A DNA stretch of 36,236 bases from a bacterium. GTDB taxonomy: Archaea; Thermoplasmatota; E2; JACPAO01; JAHFTW01. Below the pieces are notes generated by a model. It saw only the letters and a list, made by a program, of their open reading frames with translations, was not told the DNA's origin and did not search any database. The translations under genes were made by a program, and so were the position numbers. This document shows positions 9,386 through 18,226 of this stretch, one piece after another; the first letter of the stretch is position 1; every line of letters starts with the position of its first letter. The DNA is taken from positions 1 through 36,236 of the forward strand of contig JAZJZE010000021.1 of the NCBI GenBank assembly GCA_040390065.1, written 5' to 3'.

Positions 9386-10102
9386 ATGGTCAGCCTCGAG
9401 AAGGCCGTCGTGGCCCGCCTGCACCGCTTCCAGACGAACTACGAGATTCTCGTCGACCCCGACCGGGCCCACGAGGTCGCCGACAAGCTGCGCAAGGGTG
9501 AGCCGGCAAGCGACGACGACGTGCGCGCCATCACGGCCGTGGACACGGTCTTTACGCACCACAGCGACGGCAAGAAGGCGTCCGACGAGATGCTCACCAA
9601 GGGCTTCGAGACCACGGACTTCGTCGCCGTCGCGCGCCGCATCCTGGTCGAGGGCGAGATCCAACTCACGGCCGAGCAGCGCAAGAAGATGGCCGACGCC
9701 AAGCACAAACGCATCGTCGAGACCATCCTCCGCAACGCCTGGAACCCCCAGACCAAGACGCCCCACCCGCGCGACCGCATCGAGCGCGCCCTTGAGGAAG
9801 CCAAGTTCAAGGCCGACCCGCAAAAGCGCGTCGAGGAGCAGGTCGAGACCGCCATGAAACTGCTGCGGCCGCTCATGCCCATCGCCATGGAGATGGTGCG
9901 TATCGCCGTCAAGATCCCCGCCGAGCACACGGGCCACACGTATGGCGTCGTGAAGGGCCTCGGCGAAATGAAGAACGAGGAATGGCAGAAGGACGGCTCG
10001 CTCATCGTCATCCTCGAGATGCCCGCCGGCATGCAGACGGAAGCCTACGACCGGCTCAACTCGGTGACGCACGGGCAAGTCACCACGAAACTTCTCACGT
10101 AA
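9386..10102 (+). CDS. Ribosome maturation protein SBDS/SDO1 homologue
   Basis: MVSLEKAVVARL, YEILVDP, GEIQLTAEQRK, NPQTKTPHP and EEWQKDGS; canonical position after psmA. Confidence 0.96.
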   Translation: MVSLEKAVVARLHRFQTNYEILVDPDRAHEVADKLRKGEPASDDDVRAITAVDTVFTHHSDGKKASDEMLTKGFETTDFVAVARRILVEGEIQLTAEQRKKMADAKHKRIVETILRNAWNPQTKTPHPRDRIERALEEAKFKADPQKRVEEQVETAMKLLRPLMPIAMEMVRIAVKIPAEHTGHTYGVVKGLGEMKNEEWQKDGSLIVILEMPAGMQTEAYDRLNSVTHGQVTTKLLT

Positions 10103-10128
10103 TGCAATTCCAAGGAGAAACCACCATC

Positions 10129-10881
10129 ATGAACACCCCAAGTGACCGCCAACTCGTGCTGCCCGGCGACCGCGTCGGCGACAAGCGCTCCGTCGCCGGA
10201 CCGGGCACCAAGCTCGTCGGCAACGACCTCGTCGCCACCAGCGCCGGCCTGCTCTCGAGCCTCGGCGAAAAAGTGACCGTCCTGCCGATGAGCGGCTGCT
10301 ACGAACCCCGGCCCGGCGACCTCGTCGTCGGCATCGTGCGTGAAGCGAACCCGGGCAACTGGATCCTCGACATCCGCGCCCCGTGGCTGGCGCCCATGCA
10401 TGTGAGCGAAGTGCCGTGGCGCGTCGACTTCGGCGAGACGACGTCGTACCTCAAGTCGGGCGACGCCGTCCTGTGCAAGATCCTGTTCGTCGACGAACAG
10501 AAGAAAGTCCAGGTGACCCTGAAGGACCGCAACCTCTCCAAACTGGAGGGCGGCGAGATCATCGAGGTCAGCCCCGTCAAGGTGGCCCGCGTCATCGGCA
10601 AGAACGGCGCCATGCTCAACCTCCTGAAGGAGTACGTCGAGTGCTGGTTGTTCGTCGGCCAGAACGGGCGCATCTGGCTGAATGGCGAGCCGAAGGAGAT
10701 CCTGCTTGCCAAACAGGTCATCCAGACCATCGCGGACCAGGCGCACCTGCCGGGTCTCACGGAGAAAGTCAAGGCTCTCCTGGAGAGCAAGCGGCCCGGC
10801 GGCCTCGACGCCGGCATCACAGTCGAACGGGCGCGGCCAACGCGCAACGAAGAAGGCGCCCAGGCGCCGAAGGAGGAATGA
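10129..10881 (+). CDS. rrp4: Exosome complex RNA-binding protein Rrp4
   Basis: LVLPGD N-terminus, S1 domain (YEPRPGDLVVGIV) and KH domain (KVARVIGKNGAM, VGQNGRIW). AAGGAG lies upstream of ATG 10129; ATG 10102 is an alternative start. Confidence 0.95.
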   Translation: MNTPSDRQLVLPGDRVGDKRSVAGPGTKLVGNDLVATSAGLLSSLGEKVTVLPMSGCYEPRPGDLVVGIVREANPGNWILDIRAPWLAPMHVSEVPWRVDFGETTSYLKSGDAVLCKILFVDEQKKVQVTLKDRNLSKLEGGEIIEVSPVKVARVIGKNGAMLNLLKEYVECWLFVGQNGRIWLNGEPKEILLAKQVIQTIADQAHLPGLTEKVKALLESKRPGGLDAGITVERARPTRNEEGAQAPKEE

Positions 10882-11630
10882 CCATGGGTGTACCCGATCC
10901 AACCAAGGAACTTGTGAACAAGAAAGGCGTCCGCGTCGACGGCCGCAAAGTCAACGAAATCCGCCCGATCAAGATCGAGGCCGGAGTCCTGCACCGCGCC
11001 GACGGCTCCGCCTACCTCGAGTGGGGCGGCAACAAGGTCATCTGCGCCGTCTACGGGCCGCGCGAACTCAACCCGCGCCGCTTCCAGGAATCGGACAAGG
11101 CGGTCGTGCAAGTTCGCTACGGCATGTCGGCCTTCTCGACGTCAGACCGCAAGCGCCCCGGCCCCGACCGCCGCAGCCAGGAGATCAGCAAGGTCATCGC
11201 GGACGCGTTCGAGAACGTCGTCCTCACCGAGCGCTTCCCCCGCGGTGCGGTGGACGTCAACGTGCAGATCCTCGAGGCGGCCGCCGGAACGCGCTGCGCC
11301 GCAGTCACCTGCGCCGCCGTGGCGCTCGCCGACGCCGGCATCCCCATGAAGGGCCTCGTCACCGCGGTCGCCGCCGGCAAGGCCAGCGACACCGTCATCC
11401 TCGACCTCAGCCAGGACGAGGACAACTACGGCAACGCAGACCTGCCCATCGGCTTCAACCACACCACCGGCGAGGTCGTGCTGTTCCAGATGGACGGCAA
11501 CCTCAGCCCGGAGGAGTTCGACCGCGCGCTCGACATGGCCGTCGAGGGCAACAAACAGGTCGTGGCGTACCAGCGCGACGCCCTGTTGCGCCGCTTCAAC
11601 GCCAAACTCGACTCCCAGGAGGCCAACTGA
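10878..11630 (+). CDS. rrp41: Exosome complex exonuclease Rrp41
   Basis: RVDGRK..EIRPI, ADGSAYLEWGGNKVICAVYGPRE, PGPDRRSQEIS and EDNYGNADLP; ATGA overlap with rrp4. Confidence 0.97.
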   Translation: MTMGVPDPTKELVNKKGVRVDGRKVNEIRPIKIEAGVLHRADGSAYLEWGGNKVICAVYGPRELNPRRFQESDKAVVQVRYGMSAFSTSDRKRPGPDRRSQEISKVIADAFENVVLTERFPRGAVDVNVQILEAAAGTRCAAVTCAAVALADAGIPMKGLVTAVAAGKASDTVILDLSQDEDNYGNADLPIGFNHTTGEVVLFQMDGNLSPEEFDRALDMAVEGNKQVVAYQRDALLRRFNAKLDSQEAN

Positions 11631-12460
11631 TGGAAGACAATCCCCTGTCGCTCATCAAGAAGGACTTCATCCGCAGTCTCGTCAAGGACGGCAAGCGCGA
11701 GGATGGCCGCGGCTTCGACGAGCACCGCAAGCTCGACATCCAGGTCAACTACGTCAGCCGCGCCCAAGGCTCGGCCCGCATCCGCCTCGGCAACACGCAA
11801 GTCGTGGCCGGTGTCAAAATCCAGTTGGAGAAGCCGTACCCGGACACACCGAACCGTGGCAACTTCATGACGTCGGCGGAACTGAACCCGATGGCGAGTC
11901 CCAACTTCGAGCCGGGGCCACCGCGCATCGAGGCCATCGAGCTCGCGCGCGTCACGGACCGCAGCCTGCGTGAATCCGGCGTCATCGACTTCGAGGCGCT
12001 CTGCATCACGCCGGGCGAGAAGGTCTGGGCGGTCTTCGTCGACCTCGAGATCATCGACTACGATGGCAACCTCTTCGACGCGTGCTCCATCGCGGGCCTC
12101 GCCGCCGTCCTGTCGGCCAAACTGCCGGCCACGGACCCGAAGACGAAGGAAGTCGTCTACGCGGACGGCAAGGACCGCCCGCTGCCCGTCAAGATCGACA
12201 ACGCATGCTTCAGCACGACGTTTGCCAAGATCGACGGCAAGATCCTGGTGGATCCGCAACTGCACGAGGAGCTCATCTGCGAGACTCGCCTTACGCTCGG
12301 CCTCGACCCGAAAGGCAACCTGCGCGCCGGCCAGAAGGGCGGCTACGGGTCCTGGACGGTCGACGAGATCAAGGAGACGCGCCGCAAGGCCGTCAAGCTC
12401 GGGACCGCCGTCTTCGAGAAGATCCAGAAGGCCGTGAAGACGGGGCATTACTCGGACTGA
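11630..12460 (+). CDS. rrp42: Exosome complex component Rrp42
   Basis: REDGRGFDEHR, GSARIRLGNTQVVAGVK, FEPGPP and DYDGNLFDA; TGATG overlap with rrp41. Confidence 0.97.
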   Translation: MEDNPLSLIKKDFIRSLVKDGKREDGRGFDEHRKLDIQVNYVSRAQGSARIRLGNTQVVAGVKIQLEKPYPDTPNRGNFMTSAELNPMASPNFEPGPPRIEAIELARVTDRSLRESGVIDFEALCITPGEKVWAVFVDLEIIDYDGNLFDACSIAGLAAVLSAKLPATDPKTKEVVYADGKDRPLPVKIDNACFSTTFAKIDGKILVDPQLHEELICETRLTLGLDPKGNLRAGQKGGYGSWTVDEIKETRRKAVKLGTAVFEKIQKAVKTGHYSD

Positions 12461-12755
12461 GCGGCGCTTTCGGCAAAACTTGCCATCAACCGGGCACCTG
12501 CGTGTCCCGCCTGTGCCAGGGCGGTCGGCCTGCGACGGCGGCGACGGCGGTCACGCCCTCAAGATGGATAGGGCAACGGCGGCATGGGATTGCACGGGTT
12601 CGGTCGCGATGAATGGGATGATATCCGCGGGGCTCGAATCCCGGGAATCGCCGTTCGCATCCCGGAAATCCGAGGCCTCCCACACTCGGCCCGCGTTCGC
12701 TGCGCTCGCTGGCCTCGGCCCCTCGCCAGGGGGGACGCGCACTTGCATCCTTGGC

Positions 12756-13805
12756 CTAGCGCAGCAAGTTCCTGTCCGTCCGCACACAATTCACGCCAAG
12801 GAACTGTTCGCACACCCACGCATTCGTCGTGAGATGCGGCGTCGCGTGCGGAATCCGGACCGCGCCGGCTCCCAGGGCAACCCATGGCACCAAGTGGTCC
12901 GCGAGGTGGCGGTCGACGGTGGCCCCGCTGTGCCAATCCTCCACGAGGTTCGTGGCGGCAATCTTGCCGACCGATTCCGCCGACGTGCCGCGGTTGCCCA
13001 GCCGGTCGGATGCAAGCACGTTTCCCGCGTCGTCCTCGAGGCTGCACGTCACCGCCGAACCCAAGCCGTCCGATTCGACGTCCACGATGTCAAGGTGCGG
13101 CGCACCCATCGTCGCAAGCTGCGCGTACGCCGCCAGAGCCTGGCGCCGTGCGACCTCGCGTCCGATGCCCGTCGCGGCGATGCTGCGGATTGTAACTTTT
13201 CGAACCTTTCCCTGGGCGATGCGGCGCTCGCCGAGCCTGGCCGCGGCATGGGCACGAAACGCTTCGGGGGTTCCGACTACGGCCGGCTGGTGAACTTCCA
13301 CCGCCACACGACCGCCGCCTTCCGGCGCAAATCCGACCCGCTCCACGCGCAAGTCGACGTCGGCAAGACGGCGCAACCACGGCAGATACGCCCGCTCCAT
13401 CCAGTCGACAGTCGGCCCGAATGGCACATGCGTTCCGCCCGTGATCTCGACGCGCGTCGTTCCCGCCGTCGCGACGGCGATGGGCAACACCGTCTGGAGG
13501 ACGAGGGGGATGCAGCCGGCCGTGCCGATGTCAGCCTGCCATGAACCCGGCCGCAACCGTCCCGGCGTGAACGTCAACTCGGTCGCGCCGGGCACCGCCC
13601 CGTCGGCCTGCGACTCCGTCATCTCGGCCAGGAGGCGCAGAATGGCCACGTGCTGCGGCTTGAGGCCCGGCTTGTCGCGGCCCGCGCGGATGCGCGTCAT
13701 GTGAAACGGTTTGCGCAGCAGAAGCGACAAGAACAATCCCGTGCGGACAATCTGGCCGCCGCCCTCGCCGTGTGCGCCGTCGAGTTCGAGCAACGCCTGC
13801 GCCAC
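12756..13805 (-). CDS. rtcA: RNA 3'-terminal phosphate cyclase
   Basis: LDGAHGEGGGQIVRT, IRAGRDKPGLKPQH, GGTHVPFGP, GFAPEGGG and VDRHLADHL (adenylated His motif). Start GTG 13805 is my choice; the ORF extends to 13847. Confidence 0.95.
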   Translation of the reverse strand: MAQALLELDGAHGEGGGQIVRTGLFLSLLLRKPFHMTRIRAGRDKPGLKPQHVAILRLLAEMTESQADGAVPGATELTFTPGRLRPGSWQADIGTAGCIPLVLQTVLPIAVATAGTTRVEITGGTHVPFGPTVDWMERAYLPWLRRLADVDLRVERVGFAPEGGGRVAVEVHQPAVVGTPEAFRAHAAARLGERRIAQGKVRKVTIRSIAATGIGREVARRQALAAYAQLATMGAPHLDIVDVESDGLGSAVTCSLEDDAGNVLASDRLGNRGTSAESVGKIAATNLVEDWHSGATVDRHLADHLVPWVALGAGAVRIPHATPHLTTNAWVCEQFLGVNCVRTDRNLLR

Positions 13806-13879
13806 GGCGCCGCGCAGGAAAAGCCGCCGGTCAGCCTGTGCAGGCAACGACTATAGCCCCCACGTCCCGGTCCCCGGCC

Positions 13880-14692
13880 ATGCGTGAGTGGGTCTGGCCT
13901 TTGCTGGTCGCCGTCGTGATCGTGTTTGCCGGCTGCAGCAGCAAGGAACCGGATGCGCGGTCCGTGCCCGGCACGACGGATGACACGAGCCACCCCGGAG
14001 GCAACGACCCGGTGACGTCGAACGGCGCCCCACCGACTGGACCGCCGCCAACGTCGGGGGCCGGCACGCCTGCGTCGCAAGGCGGGAACCACGCCCCGAT
14101 CCCGGACGTCAAGCCCTCGGCAAAGTCCGGTCCGGCGCCGCTCTCCATCAACTTCACGTTGGGCGCAAGCGACGCCGACGGCGACGCCTTGTCCTGGACG
14201 TTCGACGCCAATTCCGACGGTACAAAGGAAGACTCCGGCACCGATTTGCCCAAGACGGTCGCCTTCTCGTACGCGCAGGCCGGCACATCGAACGCCACCT
14301 TCCGCGTCACGGATGGACGCCTCGAATCCGTCTTCGTCGTCGCGGTCACCATCCTCGAAGCCAAGCCTGCGTCCGTCGTCTTCACCGGCCACGTCGACGT
14401 ACCCGACCCCGCCTCCACGGCGGCCAACGAGTGCATCCTCGACATCGCCATCGTGGCCGGCGCCCCGGACAACGTGGTGGGCAACATCCACGCCTTCCCC
14501 GAAGCCCTCGACGGCTGGCACTACACCTTCGACAAGCCCGGATTCTGGGCGCAATTCTGGCAAGGCACCACGGCCATCACGGGCTCCGGCGCCGGAGGCG
14601 ATGTCCCTACCGGTTCCGACCAAGTCTGGGTTTGCGGCAAGGATGCGGCGACGCTCAACACGGACTACGTGCTCACCATCAGCCCGCCGTAG
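13880..14692 (+). CDS. PKD-domain lipoprotein 1
   Basis: Lipobox VIVFAG-C, a T/P/G linker, then the PKD module NHAP...GPAPLSINFTLGASDADGDALSWTFD...YAQAGTSNATFRVTDG, then a distinct head domain. Confidence 0.88.
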   Translation: MREWVWPLLVAVVIVFAGCSSKEPDARSVPGTTDDTSHPGGNDPVTSNGAPPTGPPPTSGAGTPASQGGNHAPIPDVKPSAKSGPAPLSINFTLGASDADGDALSWTFDANSDGTKEDSGTDLPKTVAFSYAQAGTSNATFRVTDGRLESVFVVAVTILEAKPASVVFTGHVDVPDPASTAANECILDIAIVAGAPDNVVGNIHAFPEALDGWHYTFDKPGFWAQFWQGTTAITGSGAGGDVPTGSDQVWVCGKDAATLNTDYVLTISPP

Positions 14693-14694
14693 GC

Positions 14695-15033
14695 TCAAGC
14701 GACTCGGCGGCGGCGCGACACCCACCGGTACGCCGCGTCTCGCACTGGCTTGGGCACCAACCACACAGTTGCTTGGACGCGCCAGGGCCAGCGCAGCCGC
14801 TTGGCCACTTGCACCACGGCGGCGGATTCGACGAACGCCGCCTCGCCCACGACGGCGACCATCGTGTCGTCCTTGCGGGAGCCTAGGCCGTGCACTCTGA
14901 GCAGCGCGGCCCCTTCCTCGGACTGCGACGCAACGAACCGCAGCGCCCCCGGCACGGCATGCCGCATGCCAAAATGCGCCGCGCGGTTGCAGAGTGCGCA
15001 GTCGCCGTCGATGACGATGATGGCCGGCTGCAC
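14695..15033 (-). CDS. DCC1-like thiol-disulfide oxidoreductase family protein (DUF393)
   Basis: IVIDGDCALCN (DxxCxxC), LRFVASQSEEG and VPKPVRDAAYRWVSRRR. Confidence 0.88.
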   Translation of the reverse strand: MQPAIIVIDGDCALCNRAAHFGMRHAVPGALRFVASQSEEGAALLRVHGLGSRKDDTMVAVVGEAAFVESAAVVQVAKRLRWPWRVQATVWLVPKPVRDAAYRWVSRRRRVA

Positions 15034-15287
15034 ACGGCGGCCACCCGGACGGCCGCTATGGGCGTTGGCGTCAGGCGTCGCAACGGTCCCGGACCGGACC
15101 CCTTACGAACCTTGTCCGGCCACTGAAGACCATGGCACGAACGGCCCTTGCCCGTCACCCGGGTGGATGGAAGAGGTGCAGCCGAGGCCACGCCTTCCGG
15201 GGCCCGCGCTGCGTCACGTGTTGGCCTGGCGGGGGTGCCCCTTCACGGCGGGCCAACCGACCGGCGCGGCGGCATCCTGCGGCCCAT

Positions 15288-15299
15288 AACCCTTAAATG
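15288..15299 (+). promoter_or_regulatory. BRE/TATA-like promoter of rpl37ae-rpoP
   Basis: AACCCTTAAATG lies about 45 nt upstream of the ATG, with AGGAG SD in between. It nearly matches AACGCTTAAAAC upstream of rpoE1. Confidence 0.6.
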
Positions 15300-15340
15300 A
15301 AGGGGGACTTGGCGAAGCCTGCCTCCAGGAGTCCGTCCCC

Positions 15341-15640
15341 ATGTCCCACACCAAGAAGGTCGGCTCGTCCGGTCGCTTCGGCCCGCGCTACGGTGGCCTT
15401 GGCCGCCGCCAAGTCGCCAACATCGAGAAGGTCCAGAAGGCGGCCCACACCTGCATCAAGTGCGGCCAACTGTCCGTCTACCGCATGGAGACGGCCATCT
15501 GGTCCTGCAAGAAGTGCGGCTACACGTTCGCCGGCGGCGCCTACACGCCGTCGACCGGCGCCGGCCAGGGCGCGGAGAAGGCCCTGCGCGCCGTCCAAGA
15601 GAAGCTCGCGGCGCCCGCACCCGACGCCCCCAAGGAGTGA
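15341..15640 (+). CDS. rpl37ae: 50S ribosomal protein L37ae (eL43)
   Basis: TKKVGSSGRFGPRYG, CIKC...IWSCKKCGYTFAGGAYTP. Confidence 0.97.
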   Translation: MSHTKKVGSSGRFGPRYGGLGRRQVANIEKVQKAAHTCIKCGQLSVYRMETAIWSCKKCGYTFAGGAYTPSTGAGQGAEKALRAVQEKLAAPAPDAPKE

Positions 15641-15645
15641 ATCCG

Positions 15646-15783
15646 ATGGCGTACAAGTGCGGCGTCTGCAAGAAGCGCGTCGAGTTCAACGCCCAGAACA
15701 TCGGCATCCGCTGTCCTTACTGCGGTTCCAAGATCTTCTACAAGGAGCGCCCCACGGTGGCAAAGGCGCTCAAGTCAGAGTGA
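15646..15783 (+). CDS. rpoP: DNA-directed RNA polymerase subunit P (Rpo12)
   Basis: MAYKCGVC...GIRCPYCGSKIFYKERP, directly after L37ae. Confidence 0.95.
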   Translation: MAYKCGVCKKRVEFNAQNIGIRCPYCGSKIFYKERPTVAKALKSE

Positions 15784-15849
15784 GCATTCCACAGAATCCC
15801 TCCGGTCGGTCAGCCATCGGGAAACCCGCAGATTGACTCCTACCGCGAA

Positions 15850-15942
15850 GTCAATCCGTGGAATCTGCTCCCAGTCGGTGCCATTGCAAGACGTGCAAGA
15901 GCTCACCAGGACGATACCTAGGATCTCAGCGGAATCTGTGGA
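15850..15942 (-). repeat. 93-bp dispersed intergenic repeat, copy A
   Basis: Ungapped hand alignment gives 80/93 identity to 24769-24861 (inverted) and 81/93 to 26614-26706 (direct). Confidence 0.92.
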
Positions 15943-16012
15943 TCCGTCGGGCTTGCATGATTCCGTTGCCTAGTAGCGGCAACCTGAAGCCTGCGCCGTT
16001 GGTCACGCCCGC

Positions 16013-16255
16013 GTGCACGAAGCCACGATCCGCCTTGGCCTCGGCACGCATGCCGTGGCCGCCGCCGTCGTGCGCGCGCTTGCGGCCGAGCAAGCCGACG
16101 CGCCGGAGGGCGTCACGGTCACGCTTCGCGCCGATGGCAGCGACCTCGTCGCCGACCTTGCGGCGGCGGACCTGCCGACCATGCGTGCCGCGATGACGGG
16201 CGTCATCCGGCTGGCGGACGCCGCATCGCGCTCCGCGGCATTGGCCGTCCGCTAA
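16013..16255 (+). CDS. pcc1: KEOPS complex subunit Pcc1
   Basis: 80 aa: HEATIRL...AVVRALAAEQ...LAAADLPTMRAAMTGVIRL, in the canonical position after rpoP. Confidence 0.8.
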   Translation: MHEATIRLGLGTHAVAAAVVRALAAEQADAPEGVTVTLRADGSDLVADLAAADLPTMRAAMTGVIRLADAASRSAALAVR

Positions 16256-16303
16256 TTGCGCCGCCGCCGATAGGATATTTAGGTCAAGTGACTACCCTCT
16301 TGC

Positions 16304-17278
16304 ATGCGCCTTTTCGCGTTGGGCTGCATCTTGGCGGTTGTCCTGTCGGGATGCGGGGGCAAGAGCACGGACGGGGGCGACACGACCGGCAATGACGTCA
16401 CGACCGGCGTCGTGAGTTCGCACGGCACGGGCACGCCTGGGAACCATCCTCCGGACGGCGCCCTGCGCCCCTCAACGGTCGCCGGCCCCGTGCCGCTCGT
16501 CGTCAACTTCACGCTCGATGGCACCGACCGGGACCAGGATCCCTTGACGTGGACGTTCGACGCCGACCACGACGGCAAGGCCGACAAATCGGGCAAGGGA
16601 ACGGAACTTCCTGCGACGTTCTCGTACACGTACAAGACCACGGGTTCGTTCAATGCCACGTACAAGCTCTCCGACCCGCAATCCACCGTCACCTTCTCCC
16701 GCATCATTGGCGTGGGAGCTCCCGTGGGCGGCGGCGGCACCTTGTTCATCGACGACGCGGAAGGGGATGCGGGCAAGTGGACCATCATGAGCGAGGTCGT
16801 CGTCAACACGAACCTCCCCGCGGGACCCGGTCCGACAGGCACCGGGCAGGAGCATCCTGCGGGCCCATGGGCGCAGGTGTCCGACCAGTTCCACCTGGGC
16901 GCCAAGTCGTGGCATGCGCACTACCCGGACAACTACTACAGTTCCATGACGGTGAAGACGGCGATCACCGTCCCGCCCGGCGGAGCGCTGGTGTCGTTCT
17001 GGCTGAAGGGCGCGGCCGAAGACAACGGCTACGACGGCGTCTACGTGAACTCGGGCCCCAGCGCGGACGCACTCGAGAACCAGGTCTACCAGGCCAAGGC
17101 CATCGAGGATTGGAAGCAGTTCTTCTATCCGGTCCCGGAAGGCCCCCTGGTGCTGCAGTTCGTCTTCGCCGCCGACATCTCCTGTAGCAGCGAACCAGCC
17201 CCCACAGGAGGCCCGGTTGCATGCGGTGCTGGCTACGATGGCGGCGGCTTCTGGGTGGACGACATCCAGGTTGGTTAG
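16304..17278 (+). CDS. PKD-domain lipoprotein 2 with a jelly-roll (MAM/cleaved-adhesin-like) head
   Basis: Lipobox AVVLSG-C and PKD module GPVPLVVNFTLDGTDRD...LTWTFD. Head motifs are FIDDAEG..W, VSFWLKG..EDNGYDGVYV, LQFVFAAD and GFWVDDIQV. Confidence 0.88.
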   Translation: MRLFALGCILAVVLSGCGGKSTDGGDTTGNDVTTGVVSSHGTGTPGNHPPDGALRPSTVAGPVPLVVNFTLDGTDRDQDPLTWTFDADHDGKADKSGKGTELPATFSYTYKTTGSFNATYKLSDPQSTVTFSRIIGVGAPVGGGGTLFIDDAEGDAGKWTIMSEVVVNTNLPAGPGPTGTGQEHPAGPWAQVSDQFHLGAKSWHAHYPDNYYSSMTVKTAITVPPGGALVSFWLKGAAEDNGYDGVYVNSGPSADALENQVYQAKAIEDWKQFFYPVPEGPLVLQFVFAADISCSSEPAPTGGPVACGAGYDGGGFWVDDIQVG

Positions 17279-17323
17279 CCGGGCCTGGCAAGGTTTTTAG
17301 GGCCTGAGGCTGCCTCCTGGGTC

Positions 17324-18181
17324 ATGCGGTGGCTGGCGTTGGCGCTGATGGTTGGACTATTGCTTTCCGGGTGCTCGAGCAAGGGCTCCGGCGACGGCGA
17401 CGCGTCGCAGGCCGGCGACCAACCGAACGACGGGTCCGGACCGACGGAGGTCAGCGACGGCACGACGTCGCAGCACCAGGGCAACAACGGCGGTACGACA
17501 TCCGGCAACTCCGGTACCAACCACGCGCCCGTCGGCTCGATGCTCGTCTCCACCACCAAGGGCAATGCGCCGCTGCGCGTCAACTTCACGCTCGATGGCC
17601 GCGACCAGGACGGCGACAAGCTCACGTGGACGCTGGACGCCAACGGCGACGGCAAGGCCGACTCGCAGGGAAGTGCTCTGCCCAAGGTCGCGAGCTTCAA
17701 CTACACGACGCCCGGCCTGTACAAGGTGACGTTCAAGGTCACCGACGGCAAGCAGGACGTCTCCTTCCCGGCGACGGTCAACGTCACGGCGAACGTCCCG
17801 CAGGGCGCCCAGGCCCCGATCACTATCACCGGCACGATCACGGGCGCCTACATCGGGACCCCCGTCGGCATCGGGCTCGGTTACACGAACATCGACGACC
17901 ACCCGTTCGACGTGACGATGGAGGCCAAGCAGATGACGGTGCACCTCGACTGGGACCAGACGACCCCAGACCTCGACATGTACCTCCTGGCACCCGACGG
18001 CACGTCCGCGGGGACGGCCAATGCATACAACGAGCCGACGGGGACGGCCTTCGACGCCAAGGAGCCGGATATCATCGTCACGGACCCGACGCTGCTTGCC
18101 CAGTTGGGCTCCTGGGACATCCAGGTCGCCCCCGGGGAAGCCGCCAACAGCGCCTACACCGTCACCATCACGTTCGCTTAG
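17324..18181 (+). CDS. PKD-domain lipoprotein 3 with a PPC-like head
   Basis: Lipobox LLLSG-C and PKD module GNAPLRVNFTLDGRDQDGDKLTWTLD...YTTPGLYKVTFKVTDG. Head is VHLDWD..PDLDMYLLAPDG...GSWDIQV...YTVTITF. Confidence 0.9.
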   Translation: MRWLALALMVGLLLSGCSSKGSGDGDASQAGDQPNDGSGPTEVSDGTTSQHQGNNGGTTSGNSGTNHAPVGSMLVSTTKGNAPLRVNFTLDGRDQDGDKLTWTLDANGDGKADSQGSALPKVASFNYTTPGLYKVTFKVTDGKQDVSFPATVNVTANVPQGAQAPITITGTITGAYIGTPVGIGLGYTNIDDHPFDVTMEAKQMTVHLDWDQTTPDLDMYLLAPDGTSAGTANAYNEPTGTAFDAKEPDIIVTDPTLLAQLGSWDIQVAPGEAANSAYTVTITFA

Positions 18182-18226
18182 CGGCCTACAACAACCCTTG
18201 TATACGGTGGCGGCAACGCTGTACCC

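Noticed and set aside
12620-12670. GGGGCTCGAATCCCGG, resembling a tRNA T-arm
   Set aside because: It reads GCTCGAAT rather than GTTCGAAT, and I could not build acceptor, D or anticodon stems around it.
12486-12787. Small ORFs between rrp42 and rtcA
   Set aside because: No motif, typical codon bias or convincing start signal; probably a structured spacer between convergent genes.
15040-15285. GC-rich stem-loops upstream of rpl37ae as an ncRNA (SRP or RNase P RNA)
   Set aside because: It lacks the SRP helix-8 and RNase P GAGGAAAGUCC signatures, and such pairing is expected at this GC content.
15963-15973. CCGTTGCCTAG identical to the left flank of the MITE copy at 36078-36088
   Set aside because: It is only 11 bp and is not followed by TIR sequence. 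It could be an empty target site, but chance cannot be excluded.
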